Source: Planctomycetota bacterium (GTDB lineage Bacteria; Planctomycetota; Planctomycetia; Pirellulales; UBA1268). From it: DNA of 64,000 nucleotides. The translations under genes were made by a program, and so were the position numbers. This document shows positions 55,314 to 64,000 of this stretch, one piece after another (the stretch's first letter is position 1; every line of letters begins with the position of its first letter). Below the pieces are notes generated by a model. It was not told where the DNA came from, ran no database searches, and was given only the letters and a program-made list of their open reading frames with translations. The DNA lies in the NCBI GenBank assembly GCA_016872555.1, contig VGZO01000008.1, forward strand, positions 25,323 through 89,322. Reading direction: 5' to 3'.

Positions 55314-56588
55314 ATGCCAGCCTTCGACAGCCCTGCCTGCGGCTCGGCGGCCCACCGCCTCTCGCGGCGCGCGCTGTTGGGGGGCATGGCCGCAGCGGCC
55401 GCCGGGGGGATCGCCGCGCGGCCGGCGCTGTCGCGCACGGTCGCCGGCAGCGGCAAGCGCGTCCTCCAGATTTTCCTCCACGGCGGCGTCAGCCAGCTCG
55501 AGAGCTGGGATCCCAAGCCGGGCACGGCGACCGGCGGACCGTTCCGGGCGATCCCGACCAGCGTGCCGGGGATCCATGTCAGCGAGCTGCTGCCGTTCAC
55601 CGCCCGGCAGATGCACCACCTCGGCCTCGTGCGCGGGATGGCCGGTGGCTCCGACGACCATGGCCGCGGCCAGCGCGAGATGTTCAGCGGGCGCGACCAG
55701 CCGGCGCCGCTCGACGTGCCCGATCTGGGCGCCGTCGTCGCCAAGGCCTGCCTGGCCGACGAGTTCCCTCTCCCCGGCCACGTCCTCATCCGCGGCGCCG
55801 GTGGCGGCCCCGGCAATGCCTCGTACCTCGGCCCGCGCTACGCCGGCGTGATCATGGAGGATGCCAAGCCGCCGGCGTTCACCGACCGACCGGCCGGCCT
55901 CTCGGCCGAGGCGGAGCGGCGCCGCGCCGCGCTCCGTGCCCGCCTCGACGCGCGGTTCACCGGCCGTCGGCGCACCGCCGACACCGAGGCCTACACCTTC
56001 TCGCACGAGCAGGCCCTCGACCTCCTCGACCGGCGGCAGGTGTTCGACGTCTCCCTCGAGCCCGAGCGCGACCACGACCGCTACGGGAGGAGCGAGTTTG
56101 GCCGCCATTGCCTGATGGCCCGGCGGCTGCTCGAGCACGGCGTGCCGTTCGTCCAGGTGAACCACTCCAACTACGATACCCACTTCGAGAATTTCGACTT
56201 CCACGTCGAGCAGCTCGGCGAATTCGACCGGCCGTTCGCGACGCTCGTCGAGGACCTGGCCACGCGTGGCCTCCTCGACGACACGCTGGTCTGTGTGATG
56301 AGCGAGTTCGGCCGCACGCCGCGGATCAACGCCGGCTACGGCCGCGACCACTGGGGCAAGAGCTGGAGCATCCTCCTCGGCGGTGCCGGGATCCAGCGCG
56401 GCGCCGTGGTCGGGAAAACCAACACCGACGGCACCGAGGTGATCGAGCGGCCGGTCGATCACGGCCATGTGTTTCACACCGTGCTCCGCGCCATCGGCGT
56501 CGATTCCGCCGGGAGCTTCCATGTCGGCGGCCGCGACCTGCCGATCGCCGACCCGGCCAAGGGGCCGATCACCGAGCTGCTCGCCTGA
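55314..56588 (+). CDS. DUF1501 domain protein (sulfatase-like fold), Tat signal
   Basis: Start at ATG 55314. The twin-arginine motif is SRRALLGG. LQIFLHGGVSQLESWDPKP and SEFGRTPRIN..GRDHW are present. Confidence 0.85.
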   Translation: MPAFDSPACGSAAHRLSRRALLGGMAAAAAGGIAARPALSRTVAGSGKRVLQIFLHGGVSQLESWDPKPGTATGGPFRAIPTSVPGIHVSELLPFTARQMHHLGLVRGMAGGSDDHGRGQREMFSGRDQPAPLDVPDLGAVVAKACLADEFPLPGHVLIRGAGGGPGNASYLGPRYAGVIMEDAKPPAFTDRPAGLSAEAERRRAALRARLDARFTGRRRTADTEAYTFSHEQALDLLDRRQVFDVSLEPERDHDRYGRSEFGRHCLMARRLLEHGVPFVQVNHSNYDTHFENFDFHVEQLGEFDRPFATLVEDLATRGLLDDTLVCVMSEFGRTPRINAGYGRDHWGKSWSILLGGAGIQRGAVVGKTNTDGTEVIERPVDHGHVFHTVLRAIGVDSAGSFHVGGRDLPIADPAKGPITELLA

Positions 56589-56604
56589 CGCCCCGGAGGT
56601 CGCC

Positions 56605-57615
56605 ATGGCCGATCCCGCGCCGATCGATCCCGCCGCGACCCACGAGACGGCCAGCCACAAGCACGGCCGGCCGCTCGTGGGCTGCGCCTGGGATCCGGCC
56701 GGCGCGTGGATCGCGTTTTCCGCAGAGGACGCGACCGTCCACCGCCTCACCGCCGCCATGGGCGCCGCCGCCGACCTGCCGGGGCCGGCGCACGACAGCT
56801 GGCCGTGGGCGCTGCGATTCTCCCCCGACGGGACGCGTCTGTTTTCCGGCGGCTACGACGGCCGGCTCGTCGCCTGGTCGCTCGGCGAGCCGGCCGCGGC
56901 GGCCTGGCTCGTGACCGCCCACGACGGCTGGCTCCGCGGCCTCGCCGTCAGCCCCGACGGCACCACCGTGGCCACCTGCGGCAACGACCGGACGGTGAAA
57001 CTGTGGCGCGGCGCCGACGGCGGAGCGCTGGCCACGAGCCCCGGTCACGAGTCGCACGTCTACGCGGTCGCCTGGCACCCCGACGGCCAGCGGCTGGTGT
57101 CGTGCGACCTCAAGGGGTTTCTCAAGGAGTGGGACGCCGCCGGCGCCCCCGTCCGCGACCTCGGCAGGGCCGAGGCGCTGTGGAAATACGACACGCAGTT
57201 TCGCGCCGACATCGGCGGCGCGCGGACGATCGCCTTTCGCGCCGACGGCGCCCAACTCGCCGTCGGCGGGATCACCGCCGTCACCAATGCCTTCGCCGGC
57301 ATCGGCCATCCGGCGGTCTGCCTCCTCGACCACGCCGACGGCAAGCAGGCCCTGCTCCTCGAGCCGAAGGACAAACAGCAGGGGGTCTGCTGGGGCGTCG
57401 CCTGGCACCCGCAGGGGTTCTGGGTGAGCGTCGCCGGTGGCGGGGGCGGCGGCTGGCTGCGGTTCTTCAGGCCGGGAGAGGCTGGCGAGTTTCACGCCCT
57501 CAAGCTGCCGGCCAACGGCCGCAGTCTGGCCCTCTCCCCCGACGGGCGCCAGGTGGCGGTGGCGCTGGCCGACGGCACGCTGCGCACGTACGGATTGTTT
57601 GCCAAGACCGCCTGA
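56605..57615 (+). CDS. WD40/beta-propeller repeat protein
   Basis: ATG 56605 is preceded by GGAGG. Repeated segments are SPDGT.L.SGGYDGRLV.W, VSPDGTTVATCGNDRTVKLW and WHPDGQRLVS. Confidence 0.8.
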   Translation: MADPAPIDPAATHETASHKHGRPLVGCAWDPAGAWIAFSAEDATVHRLTAAMGAAADLPGPAHDSWPWALRFSPDGTRLFSGGYDGRLVAWSLGEPAAAAWLVTAHDGWLRGLAVSPDGTTVATCGNDRTVKLWRGADGGALATSPGHESHVYAVAWHPDGQRLVSCDLKGFLKEWDAAGAPVRDLGRAEALWKYDTQFRADIGGARTIAFRADGAQLAVGGITAVTNAFAGIGHPAVCLLDHADGKQALLLEPKDKQQGVCWGVAWHPQGFWVSVAGGGGGGWLRFFRPGEAGEFHALKLPANGRSLALSPDGRQVAVALADGTLRTYGLFAKTA

Positions 57616-57659
57616 ACGGCCCCTGTCCATCGAGACGGTTCCCCCGAGGAGGATTCGCC

Positions 57660-58964
57660 ATGTCGTCCCCGCGCCGTGGATCCGCGAGCTTCGGCATCTC
57701 TCCGCGCCGCACGCTGCTGCGGCTGGCGGCGCTGGGAGCGGCGAGCGTGCCCCTCGGCAGCCACGCCGCCGCCGACGAGCCGCGCCGGCTGCGCGTCGGA
57801 ATCGTCGGCCTCGGCCGTGGCGCTGCCTACATCAAGACGCTCCTCGGCCTGCCCGGCGTGGAGATTGCCTGGCTCGCCGAGGTCGATCCGCGCCGCCTGG
57901 CCGCCGCGATGAAGCGCGTCGAGGGGAGCCAGCCGGCGGCCTGCCGCGGGCTCTCTGATTTCCGTGCCGGCCTCGACGACCCGCAGCTCGACTGTGTGTT
58001 CATCGCGCTGCCCAATTTCTGGCACACCCCGGCGGCGCTGTTGTGCCTCGCGGCGGGCAAGCACGTCTACGTCGAGAAGCCGGGGAGCCACGACATCCGC
58101 GAGGGGGAGTGGCTGGTGGCCGCGGCGGCGCGATCAGGCAAGCAGGTGCAGATGGGCAACCAGCGCCGGACCTGGATGAAGGACGCGATCGCCGCACTCC
58201 ACGCCGGTGCGATCGGCACGGTGCGCTTCGGCCGCGGCTTCTACTATGCCTCGCGCGGTCCGGTGGGCGCGCCGCGCGCCCCGGTCGCCGGTCTCGCCGC
58301 CGATCTGTGGCAGGGGCCGGTGCCCGACGACCCGCGCCACGACATCCGCCAACTCGCCCACTACGACTGGCACTGGTTCTGGCACTGGGGCAACGGCGAG
58401 CTGGGCAACAACGGCATCCACTTCCTCGACATCCTTCGCTGGGGGCTGAAGGCGGAGCATCCGCTGCGCGTCAGCTACACCGGCGGCCGCTATGCCTTCG
58501 CCGACGCCCAGGAGACCCCCGACACCGGCACCGCCGTCTACGACTTCGGCCACGCCGGCTGCGAGTGGGTGCAGAGCTCCTGCCATCCGCGGCCGGTGGA
58601 GCAGCCGCCGGCCGAGATCGTGTTTTACGGCGACGGCGGATCGATGGTCATCAACCGCGACACGTGGGTGATCTACGACACCAAGGGTGTCGAGACGTCG
58701 ATGAGCACCAGTTCCGTGGTCGGCACCGGCGACGCCTCCCACATCGGCAACTTCCTCGATGCCGTCCGCGGCACCGCCACGCTCAACAGCCCGATCGACG
58801 AGGGGCAGAAGAGCACGCGCCTCTGCCACCTCGGCAACATCGCCTACCGGACCTCGACGGTGGTCCGCTGCGATCCCGTCAGCGGCGCGATCCTCGACAA
58901 CCCCGCGGCGCTGGAGCTGATCGGCAGGCCGCACTACCGCGACGGCTGGGAGGTGAGGGCGTAG
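57660..58964 (+). CDS. Gfo/Idh/MocA family oxidoreductase, Tat signal
   Basis: ATG 57660 is preceded by GAGGAGG. SPRRTLLRLAALGAA is the Tat-like signal. LRVGIVGLGRG is Rossmann-type and HVYVEKP is present. Confidence 0.85.
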   Translation: MSSPRRGSASFGISPRRTLLRLAALGAASVPLGSHAAADEPRRLRVGIVGLGRGAAYIKTLLGLPGVEIAWLAEVDPRRLAAAMKRVEGSQPAACRGLSDFRAGLDDPQLDCVFIALPNFWHTPAALLCLAAGKHVYVEKPGSHDIREGEWLVAAAARSGKQVQMGNQRRTWMKDAIAALHAGAIGTVRFGRGFYYASRGPVGAPRAPVAGLAADLWQGPVPDDPRHDIRQLAHYDWHWFWHWGNGELGNNGIHFLDILRWGLKAEHPLRVSYTGGRYAFADAQETPDTGTAVYDFGHAGCEWVQSSCHPRPVEQPPAEIVFYGDGGSMVINRDTWVIYDTKGVETSMSTSSVVGTGDASHIGNFLDAVRGTATLNSPIDEGQKSTRLCHLGNIAYRTSTVVRCDPVSGAILDNPAALELIGRPHYRDGWEVRA

Positions 58965-58980
58965 CCGGGGCGGGCGGCGC

Positions 58981-59655
58981 TCACGGCCGGCAGATGCCGA
59001 CCGCGCAGGCTGGCGGGCAGGAATCGTCGATCACCGGCTCGGCGCCGCCGTAGCCGACGGTGGTCGAGCGGTAGCCGCTGCCGGTCCAGGCCCACGAGTT
59101 TCCCCCGGTGTTGAAGACCGGGACGGGGCGGCCGAGCTGCAACTCGTAGCGTTCGCCGGTGGCGAGGTCGAACACCCGCCCCGAGTTGGTCGCCTGATCG
59201 AGCCGCCAGCGGTTGTTTTCGTCGAGGCGAAGCGAGGGGCGGGCACCCTGTGTCGCCAGCCGGCGGGCCAGCTCCGGGGCGCGCTTCTCGAGCGCCTTGC
59301 GGCGCGTCTCCTGGTCGGCCACCGGATCGAACAGGCGCACCGGGAACGACGAACCGGGGCCGAGCTCGTAGCGGAAGTCGCCGCTCTCGTCGAACCGGCT
59401 CCACATGTGCTTGCCCCCGGAGGGCCCCGGGCGGAGGTAGATGTGGCCGGCCTTGAGGTCCTTGCGTGCGATCGGCGCGAGCTTTTCGGTGAGCGGGTCG
59501 TAGCGGTAGATCACCGCCGGGTCGAGCCGGTCGTCGAGCGAGTATTCCTTGGCGGGCGTGGGGGCCGGTTCGGCGGCGCGGGCGCTGACCGGAAGGAGCG
59601 CGAGCACCGCGAGCAGGATGGCGTGGCGGCGGTGCAGGAAAGCAAGCGAGGGCAT
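58981..59655 (-). CDS. secreted hypothetical protein (224 aa) with Cys-rich C-terminus
   Basis: The signal peptide is AILLAVLALLPVSARA. Composition is balanced. The tail is ...DDSCPPACAVGICRP. No family recognised. Confidence 0.6.
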   Translation of the reverse strand: MPSLAFLHRRHAILLAVLALLPVSARAAEPAPTPAKEYSLDDRLDPAVIYRYDPLTEKLAPIARKDLKAGHIYLRPGPSGGKHMWSRFDESGDFRYELGPGSSFPVRLFDPVADQETRRKALEKRAPELARRLATQGARPSLRLDENNRWRLDQATNSGRVFDLATGERYELQLGRPVPVFNTGGNSWAWTGSGYRSTTVGYGGAEPVIDDSCPPACAVGICRP

Positions 59656-59824
59656 CGGAGGGCCTGCGGGGAGCGACGGCAGGCCGCGCAGGCCGCCAAC
59701 GGGATCGTACCTCGCGATTTGTGGTCAGGTCGGCTGAATCGCGGTGGCGGCTGATGAGGTGAGGGGAGCCGCGGGTCGGGATGTGCAGAGGGACGCGGGT
59801 GACGGCCGATCAGTCAGTCGTTAT

Positions 59825-60116
59825 GGAGCCTCAGCTCGGGCTCTGCAGAGGGACGCCCCCCGCGCCTTTGCCCTCGCATCGACCCGCACGAAGTTGCGAC
59901 GGGCCGATGCGAGGGCGACGGCGGAGGGGCTTCGCGGGTCCCTGGGCGCGGGGGATCGGGCGATCGGTCGGTTGGCGGGGAGCCTCGGCTCGGGCTCTGC
60001 AGAGGGACGCCCCCCGCGCCTTTGCCCTCGCATCGACCCGCACGAAGTTGCGACGGGCCGATGCGAGGGCGACGGCGGAGGGGCTTCGCGGGTCCCTGGG
60101 CGCGGGGGATCGGGCG
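59825..60116. repeat. tandem duplication: two 138-bp copies (137/138 identical) with 154-bp period, each containing a 12-bp perfect inverted repeat
   Basis: Copy 1 is 59825-59962 and copy 2 is 59979-60116, with a single A/G difference (59833 vs 59987). The internal hairpins GCCCTCGCATCG...CGATGCGAGGGC lie at 59870-59916 and 60024-60070. A degenerate partial copy lies at about 59784-59810. Confidence 0.9.
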
Positions 60117-60214
60117 CGGGATGGGGGGGCGGTCAGGTCGGTGCGGCTCACGGAGAGTGAGTGGATGTCGTTCGGCGGTGGTGTCGCTCGGGCGGGGTTG
60201 GGTTGTGCTGTGGT

Positions 60215-60310
60215 GGGGCTGTGCCGGGGGCGGGCTGTGACGTGGTGGGGCTGTGACGTGGTGGGGCTATGACGTGGCGGGGCTATGACGTGGCGGGGCT
60301 ATGACGTGGC
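60215..60310. repeat. 16-bp tandem repeat, about 6 copies, consensus GGGGCTRTGACGTGGY
   Basis: Units start at 60215 (degenerate), 60231, 60247, 60263, 60279 and 60295. The last three are identical (GGGGCTATGACGTGGC). Confidence 0.9.
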
Positions 60311-60356
60311 GGGTGATGCGATCGTTGCGATTGTCGTGTCGGGGCCGCTCGGGGGG

Positions 60357-61001
60357 TCAGCTGGATGACGCGGCGCGGGCGAGCGCCGTGATCGCGTCCC
60401 AGTCGCCGACGCGGATCAGTTCGGCCGGGGTGACCCATGAGCCGCCGACGACCGGACAGTTGCGCAGGGCCCGGTAGGCGGCGCCGTCCTCGCGCCTGAT
60501 CCCGCCGGTCGGGCAGAAGACCACGTCGGGGAGCACCGGCGCCAGCGCCTGGAGAAACGCGATCCCGGCGGTGCCATGGGCGGGAAACAGCTTCTGCTCG
60601 AGGAAGCCGTGGGCGCGGGCGGCGATCGCCTCGCTCGGCGTCGCCACGCCGGGGAGAAAGGGCAACGCGCTGGCGTTCACCGCGGCGGCGATCTCGGGGG
60701 TCAGCCCGGGAGAGACGCCGAACGTCGCCCCGGCGGCGACGGCGCGCTCGACGTCGGCCGCCGACAGGAGCGTGCCGAGGCCGACGTCGGCGTCGGGCTC
60801 CGCGGCCCGCATCGCGCCGACAGCCGCGCACGCCGCCGGCGTCCGCAACACGATCTCGATCACCCGGATCCCGCCGGCGACCAGCGCCCGCGCCAGCGCC
60901 GCGGCGACGGAGACATCGTCGATCGTGACGATCGGGATCACCGGGCCACGCGACAGGATCGCGCGCATCGGCCGGACGTGCCCGGTTGCTCCTGCGGCCA
61001 T
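60357..61001 (-). CDS. eda: 2-dehydro-3-deoxy-phosphogluconate (KDPG) / KHG aldolase
   Basis: PVIPIVTID, GIRVIEIVLRTP, FGVSPG, LPGVATPSE, KLFPA (Schiff-base Lys region) and FCPTGGI are present. An alternative ATG lies at 60968. Confidence 0.85.
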   Translation of the reverse strand: MAAGATGHVRPMRAILSRGPVIPIVTIDDVSVAAALARALVAGGIRVIEIVLRTPAACAAVGAMRAAEPDADVGLGTLLSAADVERAVAAGATFGVSPGLTPEIAAAVNASALPFLPGVATPSEAIAARAHGFLEQKLFPAHGTAGIAFLQALAPVLPDVVFCPTGGIRREDGAAYRALRNCPVVGGSWVTPAELIRVGDWDAITALARAASSS

Positions 61002-61078
61002 CGCGATTTTCCTCGGGGGCTGCCTGACATCACGGCGTGGCCACGCATCGGCATCCGGCTGATCGCGCGGACCGGGCC

Positions 61079-61708
61079 TCAGTCGAGCGACAGGAGCGAC
61101 GACCTCACCTCGCGGAGCCGCGCCAGCGTGGGCGCGTCGCGCAGGTGCGGATACTCCTCCAGCAGGGCGACGACATCGGCGATGTCGTGCTGCCGCTTGC
61201 TCGGCCGTCGCTGCGGCTCGGCCGCTGCCGCGAGTTTGAGCACGATCATGTCGATCGGTGTCGCCACACGGATCACCAGTCCGTCGGCAAGATGCGTCGG
61301 TTCGGCGCGACTGACGGCATCGGCGATCCCCACATCGTCGGCCGAAAACCGCACCGTCGTTCGCAGGCTGCCGGAACCACCTGCCGGAGCCTGCCAGGTG
61401 TCGCTGTGAGCATGCCGGCCCCTATGCTCGAATCCGGCGGCGACAAGCGCGGCACGCGGAATATCGTCGAATCGCGGGACGGCGATGTCGATGCCGAGCG
61501 TCGTCCGTGGCTCGCCCGTGCGGATCTGCATGGCCACGCCACCGATCAGCGCATAGGCCACCCGTTCGCGGTTGAGGAGGGTCGCCACCAGCCGAAGCGG
61601 CCCCTCCTTCGTGTCGCTCGGATCGATGCCCATCGTCTCGGTCCAGAGGTGATCGAGCGCCAACCCGATCAGGAGCCGCTCGCGGGCAGCCTCGGCAGAA
61701 GAGGTCAT
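61079..61708 (-). CDS. minimal nucleotidyltransferase-fold protein (MNT/AbiEii-like), no adjacent partner
   Basis: Start at ATG 61708. The NTase-like motif is ALIGGVAMQIRTGEPRTTLGIDIAV. ...KRQHDIADVVALL is also present. Confidence 0.55.
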   Translation of the reverse strand: MTSSAEAARERLLIGLALDHLWTETMGIDPSDTKEGPLRLVATLLNRERVAYALIGGVAMQIRTGEPRTTLGIDIAVPRFDDIPRAALVAAGFEHRGRHAHSDTWQAPAGGSGSLRTTVRFSADDVGIADAVSRAEPTHLADGLVIRVATPIDMIVLKLAAAAEPQRRPSKRQHDIADVVALLEEYPHLRDAPTLARLREVRSSLLSLD

Positions 61709-61976
61709 GGCACGCTCTCGGGATCGGGTCGCCGACCGCACTCTCCGCGGTCGCTGATCGAATGAGTCCGGCCGTGCCGCGCCGGTCGTCATCGTCACGG
61801 GCGTCGGGGACGGGAGTGGGCCATCGCCCCGACTCCAGCCACCATTGTAATCGGCAGCGATACCGCGATCGGCGCCCCGAGGCCGCCCAGCGGCCACCGA
61901 GGGCTCGCCGTCACCCCGTTTGATCGGGCGCCCCCGGTATGCTCGAGCAGGACCGATGACCTCCGGAGGGGTGGCG

Positions 61977-62546
61977 ATGCACGAGATGCTGTCGGTAACG
62001 CTGACGTTGTTTGCCGGGGTTCTCGCGGGCGACGGCGCCCTGCTTCCGCTTCTCGACTTTGCCGCTCCCGACGCCGGGCAGGTGTGGCAGGCGGTGAACG
62101 ACGGCGTGATGGGTGGGCGTTCGCAGGGGCGCTTCAGGATCACCGAGACCAAATCGCTCGAGTTTTCGGGAAACCTGTCGCTCGAGAACAACGGCGGCTT
62201 CGCGTCGGTGCGCACCAAGCCGATGGCGCTGGGGATCGCGGCGGGCGACACGCTCGTCATGCGCCTCAAGGGAGACGGCCGCGAATACATGGTCAATATC
62301 TACACCACGGCCCGGCGCATGGCGTTTTCCTACCGGGCCGTCGTGGCGACGGAGAAAGACCGGTGGCAGGAGATCCACGTGCCGCTTGACCGGTTCGAGC
62401 CGACCTCGTTCGGCCGGATCGTGCCCGGCATGGGCCCTGTCGCCCCCGACCAGATCAACGGCTTCGGCTTCATGCTCGGCGACAAGAAGCCGGGCGCGTT
62501 CCGTCTGGAAGTCGAGTGGGTCAAGGTGCTCCGCGGCAGCGAGTGA
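61977..62546 (+). CDS. CIA30 (complex I intermediate-associated protein 30)-like family protein
   Basis: ATG 61977 is preceded by GGAGGG. WQAVNDGVMGGRSQGRF, NNGGFASVR and FMLGDKKPGAFRLEVEWVKV are present. Confidence 0.75.
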   Translation: MHEMLSVTLTLFAGVLAGDGALLPLLDFAAPDAGQVWQAVNDGVMGGRSQGRFRITETKSLEFSGNLSLENNGGFASVRTKPMALGIAAGDTLVMRLKGDGREYMVNIYTTARRMAFSYRAVVATEKDRWQEIHVPLDRFEPTSFGRIVPGMGPVAPDQINGFGFMLGDKKPGAFRLEVEWVKVLRGSE

Positions 62547-62612
62547 GCCGGGGCCATCGGCCGCGCGCGGGCCTCGTGGTGCAGCGCCGCAAAACAGGTA
62601 CAACAAGGCCGC

Positions 62613-62685
<73 letters not shown>

Positions 62686-62796
62686 GTTGGTTTCGCCGGT
62701 CCGCGAGGTTGTCGAGCGACGTGCTGCCGAATCGCCGATTGAACAGGCGGCAGCGTGGTTTTGAGGCAGAGGATTGACCGGCGGAGGAGCACGACC

Positions 62797-63105
62797 ATGG
62801 CGACCGTTTCCTACCCGCACATCGCACTGAGCGCGGACGGTGTGCCCTATCTCGAAGGCACGCGCACCAAAGTCGTCGAGATTGCCCTCGACAGCCTCGC
62901 CCATCATTGGGATGCCGACGACATCCAGCGACAGCATCCGCACCTGACGATGGGGCAAATTCATACCGCCCTGGCGTATTACCACGATCATCGTGAGGCC
63001 CTTGACGCCGTGATCGCCCAGCAACTGGCGGACGTCGATCGAATCGCCGGCGCACAGCAACCCTCCGTGCTGCGCGAGAGACTGAAGCACGTGGGGCGGC
63101 AGTGA
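62797..63105 (+). CDS. DUF433 domain protein (putative antitoxin)
   Basis: ATG 62797 is preceded by GGAGGA. LSADGVPYLEGTRTKVVEIALDSLAHHWDADDIQRQHPHLTMGQIHTALAYY is typical of DUF433. Confidence 0.7.
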   Translation: MATVSYPHIALSADGVPYLEGTRTKVVEIALDSLAHHWDADDIQRQHPHLTMGQIHTALAYYHDHREALDAVIAQQLADVDRIAGAQQPSVLRERLKHVGRQ

Positions 63106-63449
63106 GCCTCCGGCTGTATTTCGACCACCATGTGCCACGGGCGATCGCTGTCGGCGTGCGGCAGCAGGGCATCGACGTACTGACCACGGACACGGACGGC
63201 ATGGCCGACCGTGACGACGAACTTCTTCTGCAACGTGCGACCGACCTCGACCGCGTCATATTCACGCAGGACAGGGATTTCTTGGCGCTGGCGGCGGCAT
63301 GGCAGCAGACCCGTCGAGAGTTCACCGGTATGGTGTACGCTCATCAGTTGCGGATCACCATCGGCGCGGCGATCCGGGACCTCGTCGTGATCGCTTCGTT
63401 GATGCATCCCGACGAGATGCGAAATCGTGTCGAATTCCTGCCGCTCTGA
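63102..63449 (+). CDS. DUF5615 (PIN-like/Mut7-C-like) protein (putative toxin)
   Basis: GTG 63102 overlaps the upstream stop (GTGA). RLYFDHHVPRAIAVGVRQQGIDVLT...IFTQDRDF is present. Confidence 0.65.
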   Translation: MSLRLYFDHHVPRAIAVGVRQQGIDVLTTDTDGMADRDDELLLQRATDLDRVIFTQDRDFLALAAAWQQTRREFTGMVYAHQLRITIGAAIRDLVVIASLMHPDEMRNRVEFLPL

Positions 63450-63526
63450 TTCGTTTTCGAACGTCATCGCAGCCCGACGCCGGATGCCATCGATGGGCGG
63501 GGCCCTCGCGGTGCTGCCATTCCCGC

Positions 63527-64000
63527 CTACTCGATCACCTCGATGTCTGCCAGCACCCAGGAGCGGTCGAAGTAGGCCTGGGTCGGGCCGTAGAGGCGGA
63601 AGTAGCTGAACCAGCCTTTGCCCGGGAGGGGCTTGATCCAGTTGCTCTCCGGCGTGCCGGCGGGGACCGCGGGGCCGAACGTGATGGTCACCGAGCCGTC
63701 GGAGTTGGTGACGATCGCATCGCGCGACGAACGATCCGGTGGAACACCCGTGTCGACGAAGCACCGGGTCTCGTTGTCGTACACGGTGACCGACCAAAAC
63801 TGCGCCACGGGAACGTCCTTGGGAACCGTGAGGCGATAGGTCTTGCCACCATCGAGCCAGCGGCCGTGAGCGTCTTTCGCGGCCTCGAGGTAGACCTGGC
63901 CGACCCCGACCGCCCGGCCCATCATCCCGACCGACACGCCGACCGCCTCGTAAAAACCAGCTCGTGCGCTCGTCCAACTGCGTGTGGTGCGGGGCTTCTT
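63527..64000 (-). CDS. DUF1214 domain protein, C-terminal part (5' end outside window)
   Basis: The reading frame stays open upstream of the ORF-track GTG (63937) to the window edge (...TRSWTSARAGFYEAVGVSVGMM...). FWSVTVYD and GWFSYFRLYGP are typical of DUF1214. Confidence 0.7.
   Translation of the reverse strand, partial: KKPRTTRSWTSARAGFYEAVGVSVGMMGRAVGVGQVYLEAAKDAHGRWLDGGKTYRLTVPKDVPVAQFWSVTVYDNETRCFVDTGVPPDRSSRDAIVTNSDGSVTITFGPAVPAGTPESNWIKPLPGKGWFSYFRLYGPTQAYFDRSWVLADIEVIE

Noticed and set aside
59744-60272. ORFs 59744..60160(+), 59781..60272(+), 59831..60151(-) and 60022..60240(+), which give internally repeated peptides.
   Set aside because: The peptide repetition is simply translation of the 154-bp DNA duplication and the 16-bp array. 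ORFs are open in several frames and on both strands, composition is Arg/Gly-rich, and there is no RBS or family resemblance.
59825-60310. A CRISPR-array interpretation of the intergenic repeats.
   Set aside because: There are only two long (138-bp) copies, with a 16-bp spacer. The 16-bp units are head-to-tail with no spacers. No cas genes are present in the window.

Overview
This is a very GC-rich 64-kb chromosomal segment. Its gene content looks Planctomycetota-like: two DUF1559 / H-X9-DG prepilin-type proteins with small lipoprotein partners, a DUF1549/DUF1553 + DUF1501 pair, a BBP7-type beta-barrel protein and an oversized TolC-like protein. I support about 58 protein-coding genes and one tRNA-Met(CAT). 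I saw no rRNA, CRISPR array, transposase or integrase.

Most of the window is core metabolism and housekeeping: rsmE, rlmN, ispE, spoVG, ilvE, lysS, a lolDE-like pair, eda, a Nif3-family gene, an alkaline phosphatase and a GT2 glycosyltransferase. There are two large functional clusters:
- a translationally coupled chemosensory operon at 25.6-33.0 kb (cheA-cheW-mcp-REC-cheB-cheR);
- a four-gene TolC-like/MFP/FtsX-permease/ATPase efflux operon at 45.9-52.8 kb.

The most interesting region is a visibly lower-GC insertion of about 3.8 kb (32995-36792), wedged between cheR and a REC-PP2C/STAS partner-switching pair. It carries an AbiEi/AbiEii type IV TA/abortive-infection pair. The abiEi start codon is abutted by a perfect 20-bp inverted repeat. 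Co-oriented with this pair is an orphan, divergent DndB/DGQHR-like gene, with DGETQ in place of DGQHR and no dnd/dpd/ssp partners in the window. A phased array of palindromic ACYCGRGT motifs lies upstream of that gene, and a perfect 16-bp hairpin lies just downstream of it.

Other items worth a second look:
- a CheB with an extra N-terminal receiver whose phospho-acceptor Asp is Asn;
- a zinc-ribbon insertion inside SpoVG;
- a Gly/Phe-rich insertion in the TolC-like protein;
- a structured 154-bp tandem duplication followed by a 16-bp tandem repeat at 59.8-60.3 kb;
- a 23-bp direct-repeat-flanked hairpin element at 23.6 kb;
- a DUF433/DUF5615 TA-like pair just downstream of the tRNA.

All family assignments come from reading the translated ORFs and from remembered motifs; no searches were run. 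Start codons were checked by hand against the sequence. The ORF track shows GTG/TTG starts as M, so several starts were moved.
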